Positions 18,268-26,649 of a stretch of 64,000 nucleotides of DNA are shown here, in pieces; position 1 is the first letter of the stretch, and each line of letters opens with the position of its first letter. The DNA is taken from positions 85,244-149,243 of the forward strand of contig JAFDMF010000001.1 of assembly GCA_019306065.1 (NCBI GenBank). The letters run 5' to 3'. Origin of the DNA: Deltaproteobacteria bacterium (GTDB taxonomy: Bacteria; Desulfobacterota; Desulfobacteria; Desulfobacterales; JAFDMD01). Both the position numbers and the translations under genes were made by a program. The notes below the pieces were generated by a model, which saw only the letters and a program-made list of their open reading frames with translations, was not told the DNA's origin and made no database searches.

Positions 18268-18582
18268 ATGAAGTTTAAATTTTTTGGAGTTTATTTTCAA
18301 GATGCTCAAGACGTTGAATATCGTTGCGGTTTTCATGATAATGATGGCTATATGCCGTTGCTTGAAAAACGAAGTGATAACGATTGGGTAGAAGTTAATC
18401 AGAATAAAGGGACAGGAGCAGCAAATCAAACCTGTAGAAATATTCGAGGAGGGTTGCCTGTTCCTATTTCATTTCCGGAGGAACACACACAAAATGAGAG
18501 GGTGGAATTAATAAACCAAATAATTTATAACATAAATAGGCACATGACAGAAAGAGTAAATTATAGGGGAGCACATGGATAA
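18268..18582 (+). CDS. Hypothetical 104-aa protein
   Basis: ORF with SD AAAGGAG 9 nt upstream of the ATG. I recognise no family. Confidence 0.45.
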   Translation: MKFKFFGVYFQDAQDVEYRCGFHDNDGYMPLLEKRSDNDWVEVNQNKGTGAANQTCRNIRGGLPVPISFPEEHTQNERVELINQIIYNINRHMTERVNYRGAHG

Positions 18583-18651
18583 TAACGGCTTTTAATAAAA
18601 TGTAAATATATGAATAATAGCGGCTGGTTGTCTTGTTGTAAAAAAAATTAA

Positions 18652-19023
<372 letters not shown>

Positions 19024-19185
19024 AAAAAACGCTGCGCAACTTCTTCTTTTGCTTATTTTCTGCGTTGCGCTCAAATTTTAATCCTCAAAATAGTTCATCT
19101 ATTCCTGCAGTTAAAATTTTCGAGCGCCTTGTAAATAAACAAAATTTTTTATTGTGCAAGAGTTTTTAAAAAGGAGTAAAACAAA

Positions 19186-20598
19186 ATGAAACCAAACCAA
19201 GTATTAGAGTATGCCAAAGAAAAAAACATAAAGGTAGTGGACATTCGATTTATGGATTTTCCGGGAATATGGCAGCATTTTTCGGTTCCTATAAGCGAAC
19301 TTAATCAAGATAGCTTTGAAGACGGCTTTGGATTTGACGCTTCCAGCATAAGAGGGTGGAAATCAATCGATGCAAGCGATATGCTTGTAATACCGGACCC
19401 TTTAACCGCAAAAATCGATCCTTTTTTTAAAGTTCCCACACTTGTTCTTATAGGCAACATTGCAGACCCGTTTACTCGGCGTCCTTATTCGAGAGACCCG
19501 AGATACATTGCAAAAAAGGCGGAAACATATCTTAAAAGCACAGGAATAGGAGATACCGCATATATTGGGCCCGAAGCCGAATTTTTTATCTTTAACGATA
19601 TACGTTTCAACACTTCGGCAAACGAATCCTTTTACAGCGTAGATTCTATGGAAGGAGCGTGGAATACAGGCAGAGAAGAGTTTCCTAACCTCGGATACAA
19701 ACCAAGGCATAAAGAAGGGTATTTTCCTGTTCCGCCTGTCGATAAATTTCAAGACATGCGCTCCGAAATGATGCTTACTCTGGAAAATTTAGGAATAGAC
19801 GTAGAATGTCAGCATCACGAGGTTGCCACTGCAGGACAGGCGGAAATAGATATGAGATTCAAACCTCTTCTTGAAATGGGCGATCAAATGGTGTGGTTTA
19901 AATATGTTTTAAAAAATGTTGCAAACCAACACAATCATACCGTTACATTTATGCCAAAACCGCTTTTCGGAGATAACGGCTCCGGAATGCACACACATAT
20001 AAGCATATGGAAAGAAGGCAGCCCGTTATTTGCAGGAAATAAATATGCGGGGCTTTCGGATACGGCTCTTTATGGAATAGGCGGAATACTTAAACATTGC
20101 AAAGCCCTTTGCGCAATTACAAACCCAACTACAAATTCTTACAAAAGACTTGTGCCCGGTTTCGAGGCTCCGGTAAATCTTGCCTATTCCGGCAGAAACA
20201 GAAGCGCTGCCGTGAGAATTCCGATGTATTCGGACGCTGCAAAGGCAAAAAGAATAGAATTTAGAACGCCTGATCCATCTTGTAACGGATATATGGCTTT
20301 TTCGGCAGTTTTAATGGCTGTATTAGACGGAATAGAAAATAAGATAGAGCCGGGCGAACCTTTGGATAAAAACATATACGATCTACCTCCGGAAGAGCTT
20401 GCAAATGTTCCTTCCGCTCCCGGCTCCCTTGAGGATGCGCTTTTGGCGTTAAAAGAGGATAACGAGTTTTTATTAAAAGGAGATGTATTTACCGAAGACG
20501 TTATAAGCAAGTGGATTGAATATAAGATGGAAAAAGAGGTAAATCCCATAAAACTTCGTCCGCATCCGTATGAGTTTATGTTATATTACGACATCTAA
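19186..20598 (+). CDS. glnA: Glutamine synthetase, type I
   Basis: 470 aa with motifs [20 protein letters not shown] and [26 protein letters not shown]. Confidence 0.95.
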   Translation: MKPNQVLEYAKEKNIKVVDIRFMDFPGIWQHFSVPISELNQDSFEDGFGFDASSIRGWKSIDASDMLVIPDPLTAKIDPFFKVPTLVLIGNIADPFTRRPYSRDPRYIAKKAETYLKSTGIGDTAYIGPEAEFFIFNDIRFNTSANESFYSVDSMEGAWNTGREEFPNLGYKPRHKEGYFPVPPVDKFQDMRSEMMLTLENLGIDVECQHHEVATAGQAEIDMRFKPLLEMGDQMVWFKYVLKNVANQHNHTVTFMPKPLFGDNGSGMHTHISIWKEGSPLFAGNKYAGLSDTALYGIGGILKHCKALCAITNPTTNSYKRLVPGFEAPVNLAYSGRNRSAAVRIPMYSDAAKAKRIEFRTPDPSCNGYMAFSAVLMAVLDGIENKIEPGEPLDKNIYDLPPEELANVPSAPGSLEDALLALKEDNEFLLKGDVFTEDVISKWIEYKMEKEVNPIKLRPHPYEFMLYYDI

Positions 20599-20610
20599 AA
20601 AAAACAGGCT

Positions 20611-20835
20611 GCATAACTTTGTAGTTTGCCCGTTTGCTGCGTTGAAAAAAACTTTTAATCGGAGATGCAAAGGGTCAAAGGTATAAAACAAGCGGTTTTT
20701 GATTTTTTTATCGAAACATATAAAAAGCGGTAGAGACGTTGCATGCAACGTCTCTTAATAATACCGAATTTTTAATCATAGTAATTTGTTAATCCGATAA
20801 TATTAGGGCGAAAGACGGGACAAAACTTTGTATCT
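20611..20835 (+). repeat. 225-bp MITE-like element: R1 left end + 150-bp repeat copy B (perfect 24-bp palindrome AGAGACGTTGCATGCAACGTCTCT at 20732-20755) + R1-type right end
   Basis: Left end gcataactttgtagtttgcccgttt (20611-20635). 20688-20835 aligns with 16913-17062. Right end gacgggacaaaactttgtatct. Starts 13 nt after the glnA stop. Confidence 0.8.
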
Positions 20836-20851
20836 CCGTATTTTTTTGCTT

Positions 20852-21463
20852 TTAAAACTTTGCGCTAACAACATTGCTCGGCAATCCCAAGCCTAATGTA
20901 TTTATAGAGCGGACTCTATAATCAAAGGTTTTGCCTTCCGGCTGATTTTTAATTTTTACCTGTTTTGCATGTTCCGTCCAAATATTTTCCCATTTATTGG
21001 AATTTACGTCGGATTCTTTACGTTGTATTATGTATGCTCTTACTGCTCCGCATTTTCGGGGCTTTTTCCAAGTTAAAGTTATTGCTCCTATTTTCTGTTT
21101 TGTAATTGTCAAATTAAGGCATTGTCCGGGAGCTTCGGGAGTTTTTCTTCCGTATTTCAAGCCTATTGTAGTAAGAGCCGATTTATTGTTTTTTGCGGTT
21201 CTAATACAATATTTTGCAACATATACAAGGTTGTTATAAAGAGTTTTGAAGTTTTTATCTTTAATTATAAGAGAATTTTTATAAGCCGCTTTTTTTTGTG
21301 CGGTATCCTCTTTGGAAGCTTTAAATTCATCTGCAATATCTTTTATCTGATTATAATTTACGGGCGGGTTATTAAAAATGTCGGGCTTTGCTTTTAATCC
21401 TGATATTATACTGTTTGCAAATTTTATAAGCTCTGCTTCCTTTCTCGGGACTGTTCTGCTCAT
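20852..21463 (-). CDS. Hypothetical protein with C-terminal fibronectin type III-like domain
   Basis: C-terminal PGQCLNLTITKQKIGAITLTWKKP..AYIIQRKE..FDYRVRSINTLGLGLPS is an FN3 pattern. The N-terminal half is helical and unassigned. Confidence 0.6.
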   Translation of the reverse strand: MSRTVPRKEAELIKFANSIISGLKAKPDIFNNPPVNYNQIKDIADEFKASKEDTAQKKAAYKNSLIIKDKNFKTLYNNLVYVAKYCIRTAKNNKSALTTIGLKYGRKTPEAPGQCLNLTITKQKIGAITLTWKKPRKCGAVRAYIIQRKESDVNSNKWENIWTEHAKQVKIKNQPEGKTFDYRVRSINTLGLGLPSNVVSAKF

Positions 21464-21901
21464 TTTTTCCTTTGTTTTTATGTTTATAATATAATAATAG
21501 GCATTTTTTTATTTATATTGCCATTACTATTTATTTAATTTTGTATAAATTTTTTTTATGCAAAATAGGTTTTAATTACGGGTAATAATAAAATATTGTC
21601 CTGTTTTTATAATATTTGCCTAAACAATATGATTTTAGCGCAGTTTTTTATATTATGAAACGTTTTTTGTCAATTGTCATTTGGTTTTTAAAATTGTTGC
21701 GCTGTTTTTAAATTTACAACGGTTTTTTAAAAATTATTCTCATATTTTTTTTCAATCTCTTCTTCTATCTTTTTTTTGCCTGTTCAAGCATGTTTTTGCT
21801 CTCTTTTCTTAATTTGCGGCTTACTTTTATTTTATACGCAATTTGTTTTAAATTCTTGCCAATATAAAGGAATAAATATAAAAAGAGGAAAAGAAGGTTC
21901 T

Positions 21902-22156
21902 ATGGAACATCAATTAAATATAAAATATCCGCAAAATTGGCTTGATTCGCTTCAATTAGATAGAAAGTCGTTTGAAGAAGAGGCTAAAATGGCGATGGCT
22001 GTAAAATTGTTTGAATTGAAACGGTTATCTTCCGGTATGGCGGCAAAACTTGCGGGAATCCAGAGCGTTTTATTTTTAACAAATCTTTATAGGTTTAATG
22101 TTCCTATGATCGACATAACCGAAGATGATCTTATAGAAGATATAAAAAATGCTTAA
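21902..22156 (+). CDS. UPF0175-family antitoxin-like protein
   Basis: MEHQLNIKYPQNWLDSLQL..EEAKMAMAVKLFELKRLSSGMAAKLAG is a UPF0175 pattern. Its stop overlaps the start of the DUF3368 gene (ATGCTTAA). Confidence 0.7.
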   Translation: MEHQLNIKYPQNWLDSLQLDRKSFEEEAKMAMAVKLFELKRLSSGMAAKLAGIQSVLFLTNLYRFNVPMIDITEDDLIEDIKNA

Positions 22157-22642
22157 AACCGACAGAATAGTTATTAATACAGGTCTTATTTTATCTCTTA
22201 TTGCAGCTTTATAGGATTTAAACATCTTAAAATCCTTATATAAAGAGGTAATAGTTCCGTTTGAAATATGCAAAGAAATTTTAGCGGGCGGGTCAATCGG
22301 TTTTGGTATTCAAGAATTTATAAAAGCGGATTTTCTAATAAAAAAGAGCAGTCCGATATTAATTCAGCCTTATTTACAAAACTCTTTGGATTTGGGGGAG
22401 CGTTCCGTAATACAAACCGCAATTAACGAAAATATTGAAACCGTTTGTATAGATGAAACTGTCGGCAGACGCATTGCGCGTTTAACGGTTTAAAGCTTAC
22501 CGGGTCGCTTGGAATAATGATTCGCGCAAAAAAAGAGGGACATGCTTTAATACTAAAAGAGGCAATTGATAAAATGCAGGCGCAAGGCATTAGATTAAGC
22601 GGGCAGATTATTAATTTTGCATTAAATCAGGTTGATGAATAA
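22149..22642 (+). pseudogene. DUF3368 (PIN-like) toxin gene, inactivated
   Basis: In-frame TAG at 22212-22214 and a frameshift near 22485 (the frame hits TAA at 22491; the shifted frame gives ARLNGLKLTGSLGIMIRAKKEG, the family hallmark) before the terminal stop at 22640. Confidence 0.65.
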
Positions 22643-22661
22643 GATAAAAAAAGGGGTTAAA

Positions 22662-23891
22662 ATGAGTAAAAGACTTAAAAGCGCATCGGTATTGAATAAA
22701 TTTATGGCAGATTATTATTACGAGCTTGACGAAGCGTCAAAAACAAAATCCAAAAAAATTGCTTGGTGCACAAGCGTAGGTCCTGCCGAACTTTTGCGGG
22801 CATTAGGTTTTTTGGTATATTTTCCTGAAACTCATTCCGCTATGATAGGAGCCTCCAAAACTGCGGCGGATTTTATTCCAAACGCTAATGCAATAGGATT
22901 TTCGCCGGATATTTGCTCTTATCTTACCTCGGATATCGGGGCTTGTCTTGCGGGGGTTTCTCCTTTGGAAAAAGCTTATAAAACCATTAAAAGTCCGCCT
23001 GCTCCTGATATTTTGGTTTTTAATACAAATCAATGCAGAGATGTTCAGGATTGGTTTTGTTGGTACGGCAGAAAGTATAATGTTCCGGTAATAGGGATAA
23101 ATACTTACAATTGCGTAACAGACGTTACGGATTCTCATATTCCTTCCATAGCGTTGCAGATTAAAGACCTTATAAAACCGTTGGAAGCTGTTGCCGGCGT
23201 AAAATTGGATTTTGATTTTTTAAAACAAACAATGTTGTTGTCTATGAAGTGTTCCGCTTTATGGGAAGAGGTTTTAAATTCTGCGGCAACTATTCCGTCT
23301 CCGTTGAGTTTTTTTGATTCGGTTACTCTTATGGGAGCGGCTGTTGTGGGAAGAGGAACCGATGCGGCAAATTTATGTTATCAAAAGCTTATAAAAGAGC
23401 TTCATCAAAAAATTAAAAACAACGAAGGATGCGTTCCTGACGAAAAATTTAGAATTTATTGGGACGGTATGCCTGTATGGGGAAGACTTAGAAGCTATTC
23501 GGAATTGTTTGAAAATCTTAAAGCCTGTATTGTTGCGTCCACTTATTGCAATAGTTGGATTTTTAAAGACTTTGATATTGATAAACCTTTCGAGAGTATG
23601 GCAAGGGTTTATGTTTCTTTGTTTATTACAAGATCCGAAGAGTATAAAGAAAAATATATTAAGGATATGGCAAAATTTTTTAAAGCGGACGGTATTATTT
23701 ATCATGATGCAAAAACCTGTCCGAATAATTCTAACTGCCGTTACGGTATGCCACAAAGAATAGAAAAGGATACGGGGCTGCCTTTTATTACGATTAACGG
23801 AGATTTGAACGATTTAAGGCTTGTATCGGACGAGCAAACAAAAACAAAGATTGAGGCTTTTGTAGAACAGCTGGAAGATAGAAAAGCTTGA
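22662..23891 (+). CDS. 2-hydroxyacyl-CoA dehydratase / benzoyl-CoA reductase BcrC-BadD-HgdB family protein (single subunit)
   Basis: Family-wide pattern: KIAWCTSVGPAELLRALGF, NQCRD, IIYHDAKTCPNNSNC, GLPFITINGD. No partner subunit or activator ATPase lies nearby. Confidence 0.8.
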   Translation: MSKRLKSASVLNKFMADYYYELDEASKTKSKKIAWCTSVGPAELLRALGFLVYFPETHSAMIGASKTAADFIPNANAIGFSPDICSYLTSDIGACLAGVSPLEKAYKTIKSPPAPDILVFNTNQCRDVQDWFCWYGRKYNVPVIGINTYNCVTDVTDSHIPSIALQIKDLIKPLEAVAGVKLDFDFLKQTMLLSMKCSALWEEVLNSAATIPSPLSFFDSVTLMGAAVVGRGTDAANLCYQKLIKELHQKIKNNEGCVPDEKFRIYWDGMPVWGRLRSYSELFENLKACIVASTYCNSWIFKDFDIDKPFESMARVYVSLFITRSEEYKEKYIKDMAKFFKADGIIYHDAKTCPNNSNCRYGMPQRIEKDTGLPFITINGDLNDLRLVSDEQTKTKIEAFVEQLEDRKA

Positions 23892-23991
23892 TTATTAAAG
23901 ATAGTTAAATGCAAAAAATAAAGGGATTCTTTTTAATTAAGATACAAAACTGCTATATATTAATACTGTTAGAGCGTAAAGGAAAAACAAC

Positions 23992-24180
23992 ATGTCTCTA
24001 TTAAAAGAAATACAGAATGACGCAATTGATTCAAATATAGATTTGGCTGTTTTACTCAGGAAATGTAAAGTTTTTGCGGTTCGATTAGGAAGCCCGGAAT
24101 TTAAGCAATGGGTGGGAAATGAGTTGAGTGGATATGCCGATATTGAAAGCTTGCCGAATTATCAGCGCTCATTTAATGCC
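23992..24180 (+). pseudogene. N-terminal fragment of an AbiTii-domain abortive-infection gene
   Basis: MSLLKEIQNDAIDSNIDLAVLLRKCKVFAVRLGSPEFKQWVGNELSGY..LPNY matches the AbiTii N-terminus. Similarity ends where the convergent dinD 3' end begins. The remainder of ORF 23992..24291 is antisense read-through. Confidence 0.55.
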
Positions 24181-25047
24181 TTAACAATTATTCTGCCTTG
24201 TTATTTCAAACTTTTTAATGTTGTTAGGCAATTTTTGTTTTTCGGATTTAAGCCGACGTTCTATTTTTTTTATGTCTTCTGCCGGCGGTAAATTTTCTGG
24301 CTGTATGTTACGCTTTATCAATAAATTACGGACATCAGTATTGTTTTGTATATGTTCAATGCTTATTTTGTCTTCTGTTCTCATAGCATCTTTTTTTATA
24401 TTGAAATTAGTTATTTCATTTGCAAAATCTTTTGCTTTTATCGTTATTGTTGGCAAAAAGTCAGCTAAAGGTCTTCCTCGCGGTATTTTTAGTCGCAACT
24501 TCATATCTTGCGTTGTGTTTCCGCCAAATAATGCCCTATCTCCTTTACTTCTGATACGACCGAAACTCTGATTATCTCCGATACGCTCGAAAATAATTCC
24601 AGACAGTTCTTTTTCCGAAAGCGTTAGTTTTTTTCTAACGTTAAGGCGGTCTAACTCTGAAAGTTTTTTCTCTATTATTTCTTGTTTTCGTGTCTGGACT
24701 GCAAAATATGTCTGGGCAAATGCGATTTGATTTTTTGACGGGTCGCCGTTTTGGGCGATAAGATAACATGCATATCTTGTTAATGCTATATCATCTATTT
24801 TTCTTTGAGCGCCTTTTCCGATTTTTATCATTTTACTGACATCAAGAAAATGATTTTTTATATCTTGATTGGAGTTGTTACATGAAATTTTGGCTTTTTC
24901 AATTACGTTAATAAAGTTGTCCCATTTGGTATAATCCAGTAGGAGTTGTAAATTTCTTGCTAACCAAAATTCAGTTCCGATATCTTCTTCGGTTTGCATC
25001 ATTGCCTCAAAATCAGAATGAAGCTTTGCAACTATTTCTTTTTTCAT
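24181..25047 (-). CDS. dinD: DNA-damage-inducible protein D homolog
   Basis: Blocks shared with E. coli DinD: [51 protein letters not shown]. Confidence 0.85.
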   Translation of the reverse strand: MKKEIVAKLHSDFEAMMQTEEDIGTEFWLARNLQLLLDYTKWDNFINVIEKAKISCNNSNQDIKNHFLDVSKMIKIGKGAQRKIDDIALTRYACYLIAQNGDPSKNQIAFAQTYFAVQTRKQEIIEKKLSELDRLNVRKKLTLSEKELSGIIFERIGDNQSFGRIRSKGDRALFGGNTTQDMKLRLKIPRGRPLADFLPTITIKAKDFANEITNFNIKKDAMRTEDKISIEHIQNNTDVRNLLIKRNIQPENLPPAEDIKKIERRLKSEKQKLPNNIKKFEITRQNNC

Positions 25048-25073
25048 GTTTACCCCTTGTATCTCTGTTTATT

Positions 25074-25436
25074 TTACCTTGTTAATTGATAATCGCTTAT
25101 TAATACTTTCGGAGAAATATTAAGTTTGTCTGTTAGGTTGCATATCATTTTAACTGTTAGTTTGCGTTTGCGGTTAAGTATTTCCGAAACTCTGCTTTCA
25201 CCGCCTATTGCATTTGCCGGATCAACCTGTTTCAGTCGCATTTCTTCCATTCTGATTTTAATTGCCTCAATTGGATCAGGCGGATCAATTGGGTAATGTT
25301 TTTTTTCGTATTCGTCAATTAATAATTCGAGTATGTCTGCTTCGTCGCTTTTCGGCGTTCCTGTGGAAGCGTCAAAGATTTTCTCTAATCTTTTTAACGC
25401 TAATTTATAATCGGCTTCTGTTTTTATCGGTTTCAT
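25074..25436 (-). CDS. HigA-type HTH antitoxin-like transcriptional regulator (COG5499-like)
   Basis: IKTEADYKLALKRLEKIFDA..EYEKKHYPIDPPDPIEAIKIRMEE..SRVSEILNRKRKLTVKMI. No HigB-size ORF fits in the 97 nt upstream. dinD starts 26 nt downstream. Confidence 0.75.
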   Translation of the reverse strand: MKPIKTEADYKLALKRLEKIFDASTGTPKSDEADILELLIDEYEKKHYPIDPPDPIEAIKIRMEEMRLKQVDPANAIGGESRVSEILNRKRKLTVKMICNLTDKLNISPKVLISDYQLTR

Positions 25437-25533
25437 TATTATAACTTTTTCTTACCCTGTTTATTTTCAAAAATCATTTACCGAATTTAGAATTTTGTCA
25501 ATTATATTTTTTGATGTATTGTTTCTATTTTTT

Positions 25534-26649
25534 TTATTCCGCCGGTTGCTGCATTGTTACGCAATGTATCATTCCGCCGTTGGCGTATAGATTTTTGCAG
25601 TCTATTCCAATAACTTTTCTGTTTGGATAAAGGGTTTGGATTTTTTGTATGGCAATGTTGTCGTTAGGGTCGTTATATATCGGAACTAAGATTTTTGAGT
25701 TGGCAATGTAAAAATTAATATAGGAGCCTTTGTATCCGAGATTTTTTCCGTATGTTGTAATTACGTTGTTTTTGGTTAGGGGTAATTTAAGGAAGGCGTA
25801 GGGTTTTCCGTCTTTGTTTTTTGCCTGATAAAGTTTATTAATGTCTGCAGATTTAACGTCGTAGTTTAATAGGTTTTGTCTGTTCATTGTAACTATTGTT
25901 TTTGAATTGCCGAAACGGGCAAATCCGTCTATATGTTGATCGGTAATTTCAAGTTTTGCTTGTCCGTCGAGCCATATAAAATTTGTTGCTCCAAGATATG
26001 TCGTAAAGATTTTTTCCGCTTGATCTTGGGTTGTTTCGGGATTTCTGTTGTTGTTTAATATTGAACTTTTACAAGCCATAAGTGTTCCGTATCCGTCTGT
26101 TTCTATGCTGCCGCCTTCGTTGATCATTATGTTGTTTAAGTTAATAACGGTTTTTTTTTGATCTTTTGCTATTTGAGATGGGATGGCATTGCATTTTTTA
26201 AAAGCGGCTTTTTTTCCCCAGCCGTTAAATCCCCAGTCTTCTATTATTAGTTTGCCTTGTTTGTCGCGCGCATATATTGGTCCGTTATCTCTTATCCAAA
26301 CGTCGTTGGTTTGATATAGTTTAAAGTCTATGTTTGTCAAATTTATGCTTTTTGTATTTAGTAATGTTATTATTCTATTTTTTTCCGTTTGATTATAAGC
26401 GATGATGTGAACTTTTTCGCCGGTTATTAATTCTTTTGTTATGGCTATCCATGTGTCGTCAAGGTTGTTGCGATAATTTGTTCCGTATTGATATTGATGG
26501 GGCCATTGCAGCCATGTGCCTTGATGCTGCTGGCTTTCTTCCGGAAATGTATAAAGAATTTCGGTTGTTGTATTTTGAGTATATGCTGCTTGACAGAAAA
26601 AAAAAGCGGTTATTAAGATTATAATAGATGTTGAAAATATTTTATTCAT
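25534..26649 (-). CDS. Agmatine deiminase / Porphyromonas-type peptidyl-arginine deiminase family protein with N-terminal signal peptide
   Basis: WIRDNGPIY and GGMIHCVTMQQP catalytic-Cys context. Hydrophobic N-terminus IIILITAFFFCQAAYT. Confidence 0.8.
   Translation of the reverse strand: MNKIFSTSIIILITAFFFCQAAYTQNTTTEILYTFPEESQQHQGTWLQWPHQYQYGTNYRNNLDDTWIAITKELITGEKVHIIAYNQTEKNRIITLLNTKSINLTNIDFKLYQTNDVWIRDNGPIYARDKQGKLIIEDWGFNGWGKKAAFKKCNAIPSQIAKDQKKTVINLNNIMINEGGSIETDGYGTLMACKSSILNNNRNPETTQDQAEKIFTTYLGATNFIWLDGQAKLEITDQHIDGFARFGNSKTIVTMNRQNLLNYDVKSADINKLYQAKNKDGKPYAFLKLPLTKNNVITTYGKNLGYKGSYINFYIANSKILVPIYNDPNDNIAIQKIQTLYPNRKVIGIDCKNLYANGGMIHCVTMQQPAE

Noticed and set aside
20732-20755. 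GCATGC-centred perfect palindromes (20732-20755, 54406-54433, 5591-5614) as Rho-independent terminators
   Set aside because: None is followed by a U-tract on either strand. They occur within larger repeated units in varying orientation relative to genes, so they are better explained as cores of dispersed repeats.
23992-24291. Full 99-aa ORF as an intact small Abi protein
   Set aside because: Only the first ~60 residues resemble AbiTii. The remainder is the antisense of the dinD 3' end (Phe/Leu-rich), and intact AbiTii proteins are much longer.
20599-25533. Prophage or integrative element spanning the accessory islet
   Set aside because: There is no integrase, recombinase, transposase, tRNA target, or phage structural or replication gene. 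Only isolated conflict-system genes and pseudogenes are present.
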